DNA of 42,538 nucleotides, from NCBI GenBank assembly GCA_963693365.1, contig CAVNZM010000017.1, positions 492,951-535,488 on the forward strand. The letters run 5' to 3'. Under the pieces are notes generated by a model. That model was not told where the DNA came from. It saw nothing but the letters and a program-made list of their open reading frames with translations, and made no database searches. Every line of letters starts with the position of its first letter. Positions within the stretch are counted from its first letter, which is position 1. A program made the translations under genes and the position numbers. Shown piece after piece: positions 1 to 13,935 of the stretch. This DNA comes from Amoebidium appalachense. Taxonomy: Eukaryota > Protista > Ichthyosporea.

Positions 1-1090
1 ACATCCTCTCGGGCCCAACTTTAGGGCACTATATTTCAATTTTCTCATTATCAAATATATAGTTATTTTAGGCTTTTTCATTAGTATGGCAAGAATATTT
101 AGCGATTTTGATGTCATAAAAACAACTAAGCAACGTTTCGATGGTTTTTGATGCCTCACAAAATGGCCTTAGGTCCCCTCCAAATTCCGGATTTGAGGTC
201 CGGCAAACAACGCATTATATATATTGATAATACCCCCTTCGAATCATCCCCCCTCCCCCCCCCCCCCCCCCTGAGTGCAGGCCGTGACGTAGCTACGGTA
301 ACGTTAACCCTGCAGAAGGCAACAAAAATGTATTAATTACTAGCACTGTACATGTGTTCATAGTGCAGCTTGCACCACGTATCATCTCAGCAACTTTAAA
401 GTAGTCACAAAGTTTAGTTATTTTCATTATTTTCATTGCTCTGAACTCTATTACTCTGAAACGATCACCGTGCATGTGCCGCAAAATAATAACCCTATAT
501 GTGTGCAGCTGCAGCCTGCAGGTTCGACTCGCTGAAAAGACAATTGTCAGTGTGCATGCTGATCCGACGCTTGCAGCTGCAGCTAGCCTCTGCACCTTAA
601 TACTTGCCAAGTGAATGCTCTTACACTTGATCATCATTCACTCAAAAAACCGAGGACCGACAGATTAAATATTAATGTCGATCCGAACGATCAGCAAGTG
701 TCTATGTGTACTACTATATACACACACACGTTAAAAAGCGAAGCTATCAGTTACAAGGCACACCTGCTGCACTGGCACACATACACACACACACCGGCAG
801 ATCGAGAATAGGGAGAATAGGGAGAGCGCTGATGGTGGTGGTGGTGTGTGTGTGTGTATGTGTGTGGGGGGGGGAGGGGGGCAGGGGTGTAAAGTGTTCT
901 CTCACTGCAGACTGATATTATTCCATGATGCAGGGGTTGTGTGTCGACTGACGGATAAATTTAAAGCAAGAAGTAAGAAGAGAGCAAGCCAGCTGGAAAT
1001 AGACACTAACCGCCTGTATGGAAGACTACAGAAGGTAGAAGAACACACATGCACATGTGCACACACACACACATACGGACACGCGTGCGC

Positions 1091-1144
<54 letters not shown>

Positions 1145-1575
1145 CGAAAATGAACTGCTGTTCATGTACTTGCCTGGTTTACCAAACAAGCAACCCGTAT
1201 CCCCCCCGCCCCCCCCCCCCCTCCCCCCCCCCCCCCTCTCCCCACCCCCTTCCCTCTTCCCGCCCCCCGCTTCTGAGAAGAATGAGGTATTAACATCCTG
1301 CATCGTTTCACCCGGACACGTGTGCAAAGACAACACACAACCCATACTGTGTGAGTTGTGTGTTGTCTTTGCACACGTGTGTGGGTAAAACCTCTGGCAG
1401 TTTAGCGTTTTATGTGTATGTAGATATGTGGATGTTGGTAAGCCAGAGAGGAGATTATCGCCATCAAAAGTTTTTGTGTTCTTGTTCGTGCAAATGTAAA
1501 TAGACGTGATGCACATTTTGGCCTAATGCACTGCACGTGTTGATCAGTGCACGTGCTGATCTCATGTGTTGCATA

Positions 1576-1680
1576 TGTGAAAATGTTACATATGTGAATT
1601 CGTTACACGTGTGAATTCGTTGCACGTGTGAATTTGTTGCACGTGTGAATTTGTTACACGTGTGAATTTGTTGCACGTGC
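1576..1680. repeat. Intronic minisatellite, 17-bp unit x ~6
   Basis: Tandem TGTGAATTyGTTrCACG units directly upstream of the exon at 1705. Confidence 0.85.
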
Positions 1681-2210
1681 CAACCTAACACACTGCACAT
1701 GCAGGCCGGGGCGTTGGTTGCTGCCGACACGAAGGGCCTACTTGGTGAGGGTGCAAAGGCACGCACAGAGGCTGCGGCAATAGGCAATGACCCTTTTCCT
1801 CCCCCCGCAAACCCACACACACACACACACACACACACACGTGTGTGAGAGAGAGAGATGAATTAACACGCTTTCACTTGCTCACACACACTGTTAACGC
1901 CCGCAAGCACATGCACATATACACACCCCAACACCAGCCAAGCCAACACCAAGTATGTGTGTGTGTGAGGGAACAAAGAGGAGACACCGCAAAGGAGGGG
2001 GGAGAGGGGGGGGGGGGGGGGGGGGGGGGCAAGAAAGTAAAGAAATACAAGTTCAGGAATTCGCGACACATGAAGCCAATGCCTAGTTTCAGGCGCCTAG
2101 TTCACACCTCTCACACACTGTTTTTTTTCTTGCAGGTGTGCCAGCGCCAACTGCGACTTTTCAGCCGTCTGCACCACTGCCGATTATGTGGGCGGGTGGT
2201 GTGTGACCAT

Positions 2211-2976
2211 TGCAAGAAAAGTGCTGACTTACGGCAAAAGCCCCTACTATTCTCGCCTGACTAGCAGAGTGTACACACTACAACTAACACGTACCTGGGC
2301 ACACATGCATATGAATGAGAGTATACGTGGGTGATCAGGCCACTAAACTAACAGACATAAACACGTGCAGAGTGGTGCTGGGCAATGCACGATGCCACAG
2401 CACTAACAGAGAGGGTAGTGTGTAGAGGTAGAAACACAGTTGCATGTTCTGTCAATCTACGTCTAATTTATTATGCTCGATTCTCACCTATTTATCTGCC
2501 GCAGGCAGATTCCATGAATACAGATCTATCCAAAGGTATTTGCGCATCTGATTGGCAAATACTATGAATACTATAAATCTGACCAATCATATAACGACAC
2601 GTACATGAACGGAGATCAAACTGCATTCCCCTCATACGGTCCAATCGCAGACAAAACACCCGACTACACAGAAAACATGAAAAGCATGCACAACAATCGT
2701 CGGATGCGTGCTTTCCTCTCGCTATCGCCAATAGCTAAACAAACTATGAATACCACACGTGCCTAATGAATAACAGAGGGCAAACAAGAGCATGCCGGAC
2801 ATGCTTATGAAATAAAGGGAGATAAAGCACAAATAAACGATCGTACCTAACTATGTATGCTATGTGCTCGTGCAACCTGTGTAAACCAAAGATGTGCAAC
2901 TAATGAAGAATCGTGCTGTGCACGTGCGTGCGAAATGCATATGCCAACTCGTGCACTATTGTTATATATTCTGGCA
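2211..2976. mobile_element. Solo-LTR-like insertion (766 bp) in the FYVE exon of copy A
   Basis: Absent from copy B, whose empty site reads GTGTG-ACTAT-GGGTG at ~25566-25580. Flanked by the 5-bp direct repeat ACCAT (2206-2210, 2977-2981). Termini TGCAAGAAA...ATTCTGGCA give TG..CA with a short imperfect inverted repeat. Confidence 0.75.
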
Positions 2977-3045
2977 ACCATGGGTGCTCGGAGATGCTGC
3001 CCCTGTCTTATCTCAGTGAGTGCACTGCATATGTGTGTGTGTGTG

Positions 3046-3103
<58 letters not shown>

Positions 3104-3116
3104 AATGTGGATTGGT

Positions 3117-3196
<80 letters not shown>

Positions 3197-3450
3197 CGCG
3201 TGCGCGTGTGCGTGTGCGTCCCGGGTGTGTGGGGGTGAGGGGGGGGGGGGGGGGGGGGCTAAGATTGGGTGCATTTTTTTTGTCGTGTGTGTGCACGTTT
3301 TAACATATCGACCGTTGGAATGGGATTCCCTGCGATTTGCATGTTTGCATTTTGAAGCTGTCTGCAATGAATATACAATGTGTGCAGATATCATGGTGAC
3401 CAATCAGATGTGCCGATTGTTGACCAATCACGCGTGTAGATACCGTTTAA

Positions 3451-3721
3451 AGCAAGGTCCGTATCTACCATTTTAGCGTCTGGGCGGTGAGCCACATTGG
3501 TGACGTCATTTTGTTAACAATTTTCACGGAGCCGTTTAGGTGCCCAGGAAATGGCGCGGAAATAGCGAGGGTGAGGGCAGGCTTTGTTCGATGTCGACAT
3601 AGGCCTATGTCGGTATTTATCACAGTTTGATGACGTCTACTGATTGGTCAGAGCCATCTGATAAATGTGGTTCATGGATGCTCGCCGCCCAGACGCTAAA
3701 ATGGTAGATACGGAGGTTGGT
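3451..3721. mobile_element. MITE with ~30-bp TIR core and TTAA flanks (Kolobok/piggyBac-type TSD), intronic
   Basis: TCCGTATCTACCATTTTAGCGTCTGGGCGG near the left end and its exact reverse complement near the right end. TTAA at 3447-3450 and 3722-3725. Confidence 0.85.
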
Positions 3722-5000
3722 TTAATCAGTTACCATGCGACCAATTAGAATAGCAGATACCTGACCAATCACACATGCACATGACATTAAACCAATAAAA
3801 TGCACCGATAACACACACTGACCAATCATCTATGCAGACCAGGTGGGCCAGCTGCTTGGTGCAGGCAGCGGGCAGGGGGCGCTGGGTGGGCTGTGTGGAT
3901 ATCAGCTGCGCACGTGCACTAGCTGCAGACACCTGATGAAGAGGTACGGTACCTGATACCCTTGCATGTGGTGGTGTGGGTGGTGGGTATATAAACATGC
4001 TATTTCGAAGGGAAATGATGTAATTGGTGAGTGTAAGATGAGGTTAATTGTAAGGGCAACTAACACCTGTGTTGGAATTCTTCGATTGTATAACTGCAAT
4101 GGGGGGATGTACCAAAAAAGGAAATTGCCGTTAATGGGATAGAGGTAGCATTAGGCATTGCACACGGGAACACCGGCTGCGTTATTAAAATGGATGGGTG
4201 GTGACGTTGTGCACTGACACCAATATGAACGTATTATTGACGTCCTATTTATATCATGCATGAATCTCTTTCGGGTCCAACCCGACCCGGGTCCCTAATG
4301 AAACCCCCTTTATCTGAAATTTTTTGGGGGGGACACAGGCGGGAAGTACTTGCAGCACGAGGATTGGACAAATCCGTTGTGGCACAGTTGTACCAGGTAG
4401 GGGTGAATGTGATTGGATGGTGGGTCTGTATAGTTCTGAAGGCACATTCCAAGGTGGCTCTTAAAAACAACTATTGATAATCACGATAGGATAATGGGTT
4501 TGATGTGGCATAAAGGCTGTAATCGTATGACATAATTGGTGTTCATATAGACATGTGTGCCATAATACATCATACGCCAAATAGGCCATAATGATATGAC
4601 AAACATAAACGGTATGCGTTCATATGACATATAATTGATGTTTGGTATATTTGTCATATACATATTATATGGTCTTTCATCTAAGCCGTTACCTGGTGAA
4701 TGCTGACGTCATCCTAATTGCAGAAACTAATTGAGCAGCGTGAAGCAGTGGAGAGTCTTATGCCCGAAACCACAGAGTTGATAGCAAGGTGGGTTGCTTT
4801 TGTCCTTCACCGTTTTTTGCTACCTCTTTCGTGCCTTCCACTATCCCCTGTGCGTGTGAGTCTCTCGGGCGCTAGCCCAGATTTCTTTTCTCATCTCTGG
4901 GGAGGCGCCCCCTTTACTCTTACTCTACACTAGGTGGGTGGGTGGGTGGGTGGGTGGGTGTGTGGGTGGCGTGGGTGTGGGCGGGCGGGCGGGCGGGCGG

Positions 5001-5034
<34 letters not shown>

Positions 5035-5063
5035 TTGGTGGTGGTGGCGGTGGTGGTGGTGGC

Positions 5064-5121
<58 letters not shown>

Positions 5122-5642
5122 GGGGGGGGGGGGGGGGGGGGGGTAGGGGGGATGGGCCAACCAAAGCCATCAGTACTATTAGCTCACAACCCCAAACCAT
5201 GCAATATGGGGTGTGCCCCTCGCACTGGTAGTAGTATACAATTTGGGTGGTAGCTCACATCCCCACCATTCTAGGCGCAAGGTAACAGCTGAGGATGTGC
5301 GCAGAGCAAAGGAGCTGAAGGGGGATTTGAAGAAAATGCTGGAAGCATGCGATCTGATCAGGTGTGTGGGGGTTGGGTGGTTGGCATGGGTGTCTGGTTG
5401 CATGTGTGTGCAAGCATTTGTCCACCTCCATATCATCTATAATGCCTGTAACGTGGTTGTTGTGGGGAAACATGACGTGCCCTGCCACCCCCCTTCCCCC
5501 CGCACCCCCCCCCCCCCCCCCCTTCCTCCAGAACACCCATGGGCAGGCGCTGGCGCGCGCACACACACACACAGAGAGAGGGAGGGAGCGAGGGAGGGAG
5601 GGGGGGGGGGGGGGGGGGGAGAGAGAAAGAGAGAGAGCGGAG

Positions 5643-5688
<46 letters not shown>

Positions 5689-5767
5689 GATGGAGGGAGG
5701 GAGGGAGGGAGGGGGAGAGAGAGTGAGAGGAGGGGGGAATGGACGCACACTCGCACACGCTCATGTG

Positions 5768-5839
<72 letters not shown>

Positions 5840-7309
5840 AACCAAATACAAAGGTGTTTTAGGTGGGTGGATCAGTTATGTTCCTATATTGACGGTGTTC
5901 ATCTGGGGTGACAGGTGTCATGTATGGTGTTGTGTTTAGCCTCGAGGGTTTGTGTGTTACAGAAACCGCTAAATCAACCGCAATCTTTTAACCTGGGTTT
6001 GTAACCAAATTATGCTAGAAGAATCTGTAGTCGCGAAGCAAACGCTGACACGAGCCATAGCCAGAAAATCGTGGGGTTGCCTCTGCCTGACGGTGTAGTT
6101 CCAAACATGAAGAATCCGCGCCAGGTGAGCCACCCCACCCACGGCATGCTTTCGAAATTCTATTCTTAGCTTGCTATTTTTGGCTACATCCTGTATTTTT
6201 GGGGGCTCTCAAGTCCCTTTTCCACGGTCGTGACCTCACCTCGACTCAAGAATAAAAAGCCCCTAAGTATATGATTGTTTGCATAGGTGAACCTCAAACA
6301 TGATATTGGCTCAATGGCCGGCTAGCTTTTATCAAGTATGACATCACTTTTGCTGACAGTGAATACATGGTAGGAATAGATGTCGACGTTGGTCTTGATC
6401 CTGCCCCTGCTGTTCATTGTCTCAAAAATAGAGTAAGTGTATGCATGTGTTTGTATGGACTAATGGAGTATTCATCTGTTAACACCCTTTTATCTCCCTG
6501 CAGCCAACGACACACCCACAGAGCCAGGCAGTGCAGATCAACATTCGACGCAGTGCGATGCAGTATGTGCAGGTATATTTTATGCTCCTTCTCCCCCTCT
6601 TCACTGGCTTGAGATGTGATATAGGTAATTGTGTTGTGGTTGGAGACAGATTATCTCCAAGCGCATAACTTGGCGCACATAGCTGAATGGATAGCTTGGC
6701 TTCCTACGACATCGACGGATGACTGGCACGCCCATTTCCATTTGCTCTCATGATGTCATAATTTAACCTAATATGGAAGAAAGGCGTTGCTCTAACCAAT
6801 CATGAGCAACCAATCCATAACACCAGAGAAGCTAAGGGCCCTTTTTGGAACCCTTCTGTCTTTCCACCTATTCACTGCAATGCTATTCTTTCTCATTCCA
6901 TTTATGGCAACACCGTGCTTTCTCATTCTATTTATAGCACCACCTAGCCACGTGTAACCACGTGTTTTTTTTGGTGGCACAGGAGCGCATGGTGAAACTA
7001 CAGGCTTTGCCTCTTCAGCCAAGCCCCCCCTCACCAAAGGCCCAAAAGAAAGTCAGCAAGACAAACACAGCACCGGCACAAAAACAAATCAAATTCCCAA
7101 AGGTGAGTGGCCTTGTTGGTTGCTGTTGGGTTGGTGCGATGGTGTGGCGCTAGGGGATGTGTGCAAGTACTTGCACACACGCGCACAGGCACATGCACAT
7201 GCGCACGCCCACACGCGCGCGCGCACACACACACACAAACAAACACAGACATCCACCTGAGCTCAAAGCACGAACACACACGCAAACATATGTGCGCGCA
7301 CGAACGCAC

Positions 7310-7395
<86 letters not shown>

Positions 7396-8139
7396 CACTA
7401 ACACGCACGCACGCACATACACGTGCACGCGCACGTACGTGGTGGACGTGCGCACGAATGCACGCACGCGTACAAATCTGGCACAAGCTCGTACACACTT
7501 TGCACTGCAGGTTGAAAGGGGGGGGGGAGTGGGGAGGGAACTAAGGGGGAGGGGGCAGTTGTTAAAATCACAAATCTAACTGGGGTTAATATGACCAATG
7601 ACACCATTTTTTTCGGGCTGGCAGATGAGTGAGTCACAGAGGGCCGAAGCAATAGCCATCCACGTGGACCAGAAGGACTATGTGGTCCGCACCCTCAGAG
7701 AGGTGAGTGTGCTATTTTGGGCACCTTGGGCTAAAAATCGACACCTTATACCCTGTGACTTTACTTCTTCATTCAGAAAAGAGAAGAGTTTTGTTTCTGG
7801 TACCAGGAGAGTGGATTGTTGTCTTTCTGGAAATAATGTGTGGCCTGTTTTCTTTTGTGGTTGTGTGCAGATGTTTTTTTTTTTTTTTTGGGGGTGGGGG
7901 GGGGGGGGGGGGGGGGGGGGGGGAGAAGGGGGGTTAGGCGATTGTTTCTGTGTGTTTGTGTGTGTGGATGTGAAAGTATATGGGGTTTAGGAGAATGTAT
8001 GCGCGCAAATGGATGGGCGGACGGGAAGGGGGGAGGGGGAGGGGGGGGGAGGGGTCTTTTTCGATTTTTTATTGGGAGCGTTTTGGGTTTGGGTGTGTGT
8101 GCTTGAATACAAAATCACGGGGACGCGGGGAAAGGGGGG

Positions 8140-8170
<31 letters not shown>

Positions 8171-9118
8171 CGCTTCCCTTTCTTGTTCTCGTAGTGAACA
8201 GTTTGTGTTAGTGTTTGTGTGTACATTGTGTGTGCGTGCGTGCATGGGTTTGGGTTTTTATTTTTATTTATTTTTTTCGGGGGAGGGGGGGGGGGGGGGA
8301 GGGGGGGGGACAAAGTTACCTCCTGTGTGTGCTGACATGTTTTGGCCTACTGCACAGGCACGAAGGAAAGGCAACCAAGAGGAGATAATGTCTCTGGAGG
8401 CAGCCCTGATGGATCTAAACAGTGCATTAGAGAGTCTGGGGGTGGACTTGCGTAGATAGTGGTTTTTAACTAATTTTAAAAAAAATAAAGTGAGTTATTA
8501 AGGTTTACAGTGTGGGATTGCCAGATGGTAGTTTAGTCCTTTAATTCTCTTTTAAATGTATGTAGGTCACAATATGGATTAATTGTTCGGTTTCAATTGT
8601 GCCAGTGGATGTTGATACAACAAATGAATGTCAGCGGAGAAATGAAGTACAAGTATCTACTTTTAGAAAAGAAAATACGATGTATGAATGCTGAGTTTGG
8701 GTCTCACTGCTGTAAACGATGTGCCGTTATGTATGTAGGGTAGAGTGATGGTGTGCCAATGAACGAGAGGAAAGGTAGAAAACAGTGGGTGGGTGTTGCG
8801 CTTGCCCACGAAATGTTCATATAAGCAACAAACAGGTTTTTTATGTTAATTCTGCTCAGATTTACTATTATATATACATGTGCATGTAATTAAAACACCG
8901 GCAGCAATGGTCATGATATTGGTGTTGGGGGGGGGGGGGGGGGGGGGGGGGGGATACCTGGTGTAGATCCCAGTTACGTAAATTTTAAGAGCGACGGTGT
9001 ACGTGCGTGTACGTGAATGGTGGATGATCCGGGCTTGATGAGGTTTATAAATTTACCTATGTTTTTTTTTTTTTTTTTTTTTTTTTGTGGGGGAGGGGGG
9101 GGGGGGGGGGGGGGGGGG

Positions 9119-9621
9119 TTTGAATGCGTCAAAAAGTACGAAGTACAAAAGAACAAACGGATAACACGATGCAGAATGCAAGCCATACAAAAGAGTATGC
9201 ATAATAAGCAGAGCCCATCCTCAGGGGGGGCCCACGTCATCCACAGTACCCGTCTTTCGACCTATTCACTTCGCTAACGAAACCCAACTCAGATACTGTT
9301 TTACTTGAACATGGGTAGGTCACCCGTCTTGATCAGAGACGAGCAGGGTTGCTTATGCAGGCAAGGGCAGTGGGAAAGGCCGGGGGTTAAAGTTGCAGCA
9401 GTAAGCAGAAGCAAGAAAAATATAGATAGGAACTCAGGAGACGGGGCTTCTAGGAAGCTCCCCCGTCGCCACCTAAGTCGATACTTCCCTGGCTAACATA
9501 CTACACCAGCTGAAAAGAATAAAGTCCCGAAGGCCGCAGAATTCGCAATCAGAGGGGAAAATATGAGATTTGACCCACGCCGCAGGGTAGTAACACGCTT
9601 ACTAGGGCGGAACGGCCTGGG
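9119..9621 (-). mobile_element. Structured dispersed repeat (SINE or LINE-3'UTR-like), long copy 1
   Basis: Shared with 20157-20393, 20800-20982 and 36922-37425. All end at ...GACGCATTCAAA(A) followed by a C-run on the minus strand. Confidence 0.7.
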
Positions 9622-9758
9622 TACCATATCAGGAGCGGGCAATTTTTGAATTCTCCCTCCCCGGCCCCGCCAGGGAAAATTTGAGGTTTTTGGACCTCAA
9701 AGAAGTCAAATCCTGCAAAATCCACTACCGGGAGGCCAAAAAGGGTGATAAAAGCAGG
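9622..9758. repeat. Dispersed repeat fragment (also 23377-23521 and 37425-37570)
   Basis: GTACCATATCAGGAGCGGGCAATTTTTGAATT...GGCCAAAAAGGGTGAT...AAAAGCAGG recurs three times, once outside the segmental duplication. Confidence 0.85.
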
Positions 9759-11303
9759 TGTTTTTGGGGATAGGCTGCGGGGGCGGGGGCGGAGGGAGGG
9801 GGGATTGGTGTAGGCGTTTCCGGGGGGCGGGGAGGGGGGTGGTGTTGGGGAGGGGGGGGGGGGGGGGGGGGGTATATACGGGTTGAAACGAGGCCACTGC
9901 AGCAGGGCGGATAAGTGGCCTAGGGTCTGGATACACGGCACCACATCCAGCCCCAGCTGGTGCGCAGATGTGTCTACCTCCTGTAGCTCATGGCTGCTAT
10001 AGCGCCCCCTCTGGTCTCCAAACACACCCTCCCCTGATACCTCGTAGGTGTCCTGATAGGAAATTAAAGGGTGTGAGATGTATGATGGTGGTGGTGGGAG
10101 GGGGGGGGGGGGGGGGGGGGGGCGTGGGGATGAGGGAGGAGGAGGAGGGGGGGGGGGGGGGGGGAAGAGGCAGAGAAAGAGAGGGAGGTGTGTACCGGAG
10201 ATGATGGGATATGAAGTGTGAAGGGGAGGGATAATGGAGGAGGGGGGGAGAGGGGGGAGGGGGGGCAGCTTGAGCGGGAGAGAGTGGAAGGGGGAAAGAG
10301 GGAGTTGGTGGGGGAGGGGGGGAACGAGAGTGTGTGGGAAACAGCAGGAAAGAAAGAGGGAATAAGAAAGCGGGGTTGGGGGGAAATGGAAACGGGAGGG
10401 AGGGAGGGAAGGGGAGGTAGGCTAGAGAGAAAGAGAGCACGTGAGAGACAAAGTAAGAAAAAAGAGAAAGAAAGAAGAGACAGTGTGAGCGAGAGGTGAG
10501 TGACGCAGGGAGTAGGCACAAGTATGTGTTGGCGCCGCAAGGAATCCACCCCCTTTCTCTCCACCTTTACCAACTGTCTTACCCCCACAGCAAATCAGCA
10601 CAAGCCCTACTCCAATTTACCATCTACGTTCACACCACAAAAATGACCCAAAAAAAAAAAAGGTAATTTGGTGGTTAACGAGGGGATTATGCGGAAACCC
10701 CACCTCCTCCCCTCATAAACCTCTCCCCCTTCCCTCCCGTTTCATCTTCTCGCACCTACAAATAACAACACACAACGAGTAGAGGAACCAAAGAAAGATT
10801 TGACAAGCAGAGTGAGGTCAGTGCATTGTCTATAAAAGGTGGGGGGGAAGGGGGAGGGGCAACAGGGGGGGACAGGGGGGAGGGAGGGAGGGAGGGGGGG
10901 GGGGGGGGGGGGGGGGGAGGTTTTGAAGGAGATAATCATTGTTTGTGTAGGGTTAGGGAGATTGGTTCTTCCCGCGAGGTTCAGAAAAAAAGCAGGAAGG
11001 GGAACGAGGTTTGGGCCGGCGGGGAGGGGGAGGGGGAGGGGGAGGTGGGGGGAAGGGGGGGGGGGAGGGGGGGAGAGAGAGAGAAAGAGGAGAGAAGGGA
11101 AGGGAGGGAGGGGGGTGGGGGGGGGGGGGGGTGAGTAATACTCGCTCACCTCCATGTAAAGTAGCAGCATGTTAATGCCCATAAGGCACACCGCCGTAGA
11201 AAGTTCTTTAGACCTTCCACCTGCCAAACATGGTAAGTGGCCTCACTAAGGACCTCTTACCACAACCACTTGCAACCACCCCTGACCCCACCCCTCCCCC
11301 CCC

Positions 11304-11445
<142 letters not shown>

Positions 11446-11840
11446 TTCCATTTACACACCACTACCCGTACCCTTGCTACTAAAGCCCCTGCCCCCCCCC
11501 CCTCCCCCCCCCCCCCCCCCCCCCCCTTCCGCCCTCTCTCCCTCCAAAGAAAACACGAAAAACAGAGAGTGAAAGAATGAAATAAAGAAAAGCGGAAGCA
11601 CCCCAGAAAAAGAAAACCAGTGGATTTGTTAAACGAGAACGTTTTGTCTGTGGTATTTTCAGGTTGGGACCCTCCAAAAGAAGGGGGAGAGGGATATACC
11701 ACAAACATGTAGGTAGACGACAACAACAACAAAAAAAAAAAAAAAAAAAAAAAAAACAGAACCAAAACAATGCGCGCAGCAGACACTTGTACAAATCCGA
11801 TCATCTGGGGGCGGGGAAGGGGGGGAAGGGGAAGGTGGGT

Positions 11841-11873
<33 letters not shown>

Positions 11874-12019
11874 TAGGTGTGTGTGTGTTGGGGGTGGGGG
11901 GGGGGGGGGGGGGGAAGGGGCCACAGATACCGTCATAACGGCATTCCTGCTCAGATCGATCATACAGCCCACGGTGTCCATCTGACACATCTCCTCCTGC
12001 GGAGGGTCAAAGACCTGTA

Positions 12020-12320
12020 GACCAATCAGAACAACGAACGCATAATCATATATGGGCTATCTATGGCCCAATCAGAGCCAAAAAATTTAACTATCAATAT
12101 CGATGAATTACATATTGCTCAATCGGAACAACGAACATACGACCATCTATGCATTACCTTTAGCCCAACCTATCTTCAGCCCAATCAGAACCAAGCAAAC
12201 ATAGCCTTCAATAGGTATCTATGGCCCAATCAGGACAACGAACATATGACCATCTATGGGTTTTGTTGGCATGCAAATGGGATCAAAAACCTACGACCCA
12301 TCAGAACCAAGAAATAACAA
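12020..12320. repeat. Degenerate CCAATCAGAAC-cored intronic minisatellite (also ~39800-40100)
   Basis: About six imperfect ~45-60-bp units built around (C)CCAATCAGAAC(A/C)A. Confidence 0.7.
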
Positions 12321-12548
12321 CCATATCCAGCTCGATACCTCCCTAGCCCCACAGAGATCACTCACAGCCCAATCTGCAAACCATTCATATCCCCCCCCCC
12401 CCCCCCCCCCTAGAAATCCGGTGATGATGTTGTGCCTCTAACCTCCCCCCCCCCCCCCCCCTTTCTCCTCGTCTTTAGGTTGTGTCATTTTTACGCAAGC
12501 AGAAACAAGACCATGCAGGTGTGCAGACGGCACACCCAGAGACCCCCC

Positions 12549-12650
<102 letters not shown>

Positions 12651-12900
12651 GTGGTGTCTCCTCATCTCTCTCGAGCTGTCCCAGGCAGCAGCCCAGGGCC
12701 CTAAATGCGGACACCTTCCTTTTCTAGATAACAGTCATAGAAGGGGGATGGCCGGAATTGGAAAGCAGATCGTCATCGGGGTAGCGGGGACTGGACGTGC
12801 TGTGGGGAGAAATTGATTATCGGAGAATTTTTTTGTTGGGGGGGGGGGGGGGGGGGGGAGGGGGGAAGGGGGAGGGTGGAAAGGAGGCGACATCACAACA

Positions 12901-13176
12901 AGGAAAGTGCATGCTTGGTGAATTGATGAATGGCCGTGGGGCGGACGTTTCCTAACAAATCCTTGACGTTTCTTGGAGAGGAATTTTTTCGAGTTGATTG
13001 TGCCAAGAAGAACACAACTCTGAAGAGTTTTTCGTTACATATATTCCCATAGAGAAAACAGCATTAACGATGCACAATATGCATTCATGATCGTCCATAC
13101 AAAGAGCGGCATATGGTTCAAGGGTGTACTGGCCAAAGCACTAGTATTGATAGTGATAATAATAGTATTACTGTAC
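12901..13176. repeat. ~270-bp segment present three times (also 35438-35700 and 40732-41008)
   Basis: AGGAAAGTGCAT...GGCCGTGGGGCGGACGTTTCC...AGTATTACTGTAC is near-identical in the three locations. Confidence 0.9.
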
Positions 13177-13781
13177 CTGATTGGCTGGATCAATAAGTAA
13201 TAAGAATAAAAACAAAAAGACGCACACTTACACGCTAGACTCGGGGGATGAAAATGGGCTCCCCTGCACAATTCTGTACCCCCCAGAGCCGTGGGGGTCT
13301 CTTGAGTCAAGGTGAAAATTGACGCATACACAGCCCGGCTCGGGGGAGAGGGAAAACTTCTCGGGGGTCTGTGAGTGGATGGGCGAGTAAGTGGTGTGGG
13401 TGTGCAATAAATAATTTTTATTTTTATTTTATTGTATTCTTTATTTTTATTTTTTATTCCTTTTATTTTATTTCCATTTTTTGGGGGGGGGGAGGGGAGG
13501 GGAGGGGGGGGGGGGGGGGGGGGGGGGGGAAGGTGGGTGGGTTGGTGCTAAGGAAACGGGTGACAAAAGGTGTGTTCGTGTTGTAGTTCAATTTAGTAAA
13601 CCTTAATCAAAAAAAGTGAAGAATAGAAGAGAAGAAGAGGTAAACAAAAATATGGGTGGGTGGGTAGGTAGGTGATTAGTCGAATGGGGGTCTCTTTTCT
13701 TTTCTGTTTTTTTTTTTTATTCCTTTCCTTTTTTTTTGTTTTTTTTTGTTTTTTTTTGGCCCCGGGGGAGGGGGGGGGGGA

Positions 13782-13812
<31 letters not shown>

Positions 13813-13865
13813 TCAACGAGCAGATGGAGGCTATTTTAACCGGGCAGTAACTTGGTGTTTAAGTG

Positions 13866-13935
<70 letters not shown>

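Larger units (their letters stand above)
934..8459 (+). pseudogene. RBSN: Rabenosyn-5/Vac1(Pep7)-like FYVE Rab effector, copy A (disrupted). Exons 934-1034, 1705-1744, 2136-2210 + 2982-3015 (split by an insertion), 3838-3943, 4339-4396, 4724-4788, 5275-5361, 6061-6124, 6504-6572, 6983-7102, 7625-7702, 8358-8459. More 5' exons probably lie in ~520-835.
   Basis: Phase-compatible GT-AG exons translate to GVVCRLTDKFKARSKKRASQLEIDTNRLYGRLQK (rabenosyn pre-FYVE helix), FYVE motifs RLHHCRLCGRVVC and LRTCTSC, and a C-terminal Rab-binding-like helix pair DQKDYVVRTLREARRKGNQEEIMSLEAALMDL ending in TAG at 8457-8459. This copy lacks the EQQVVPWQD exon seen in copy B and has an insertion in the FYVE exon. 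Confidence 0.85.

Noticed and set aside
9495-9510. GTGTAGTAT on the minus strand, like the U2 snRNA branch-recognition sequence
   Set aside because: The flanks do not match the highly conserved U2 5' region.
12020-12320. Repeat-spacer-like array resembling CRISPR
   Set aside because: Repeats are degenerate, spacers are related to each other, the context is a eukaryotic intron and there are no cas genes.
13018-13062. CTGAAGAG...GAAA hammerhead-like core
   Set aside because: Stems I-III cannot be formed around the core.
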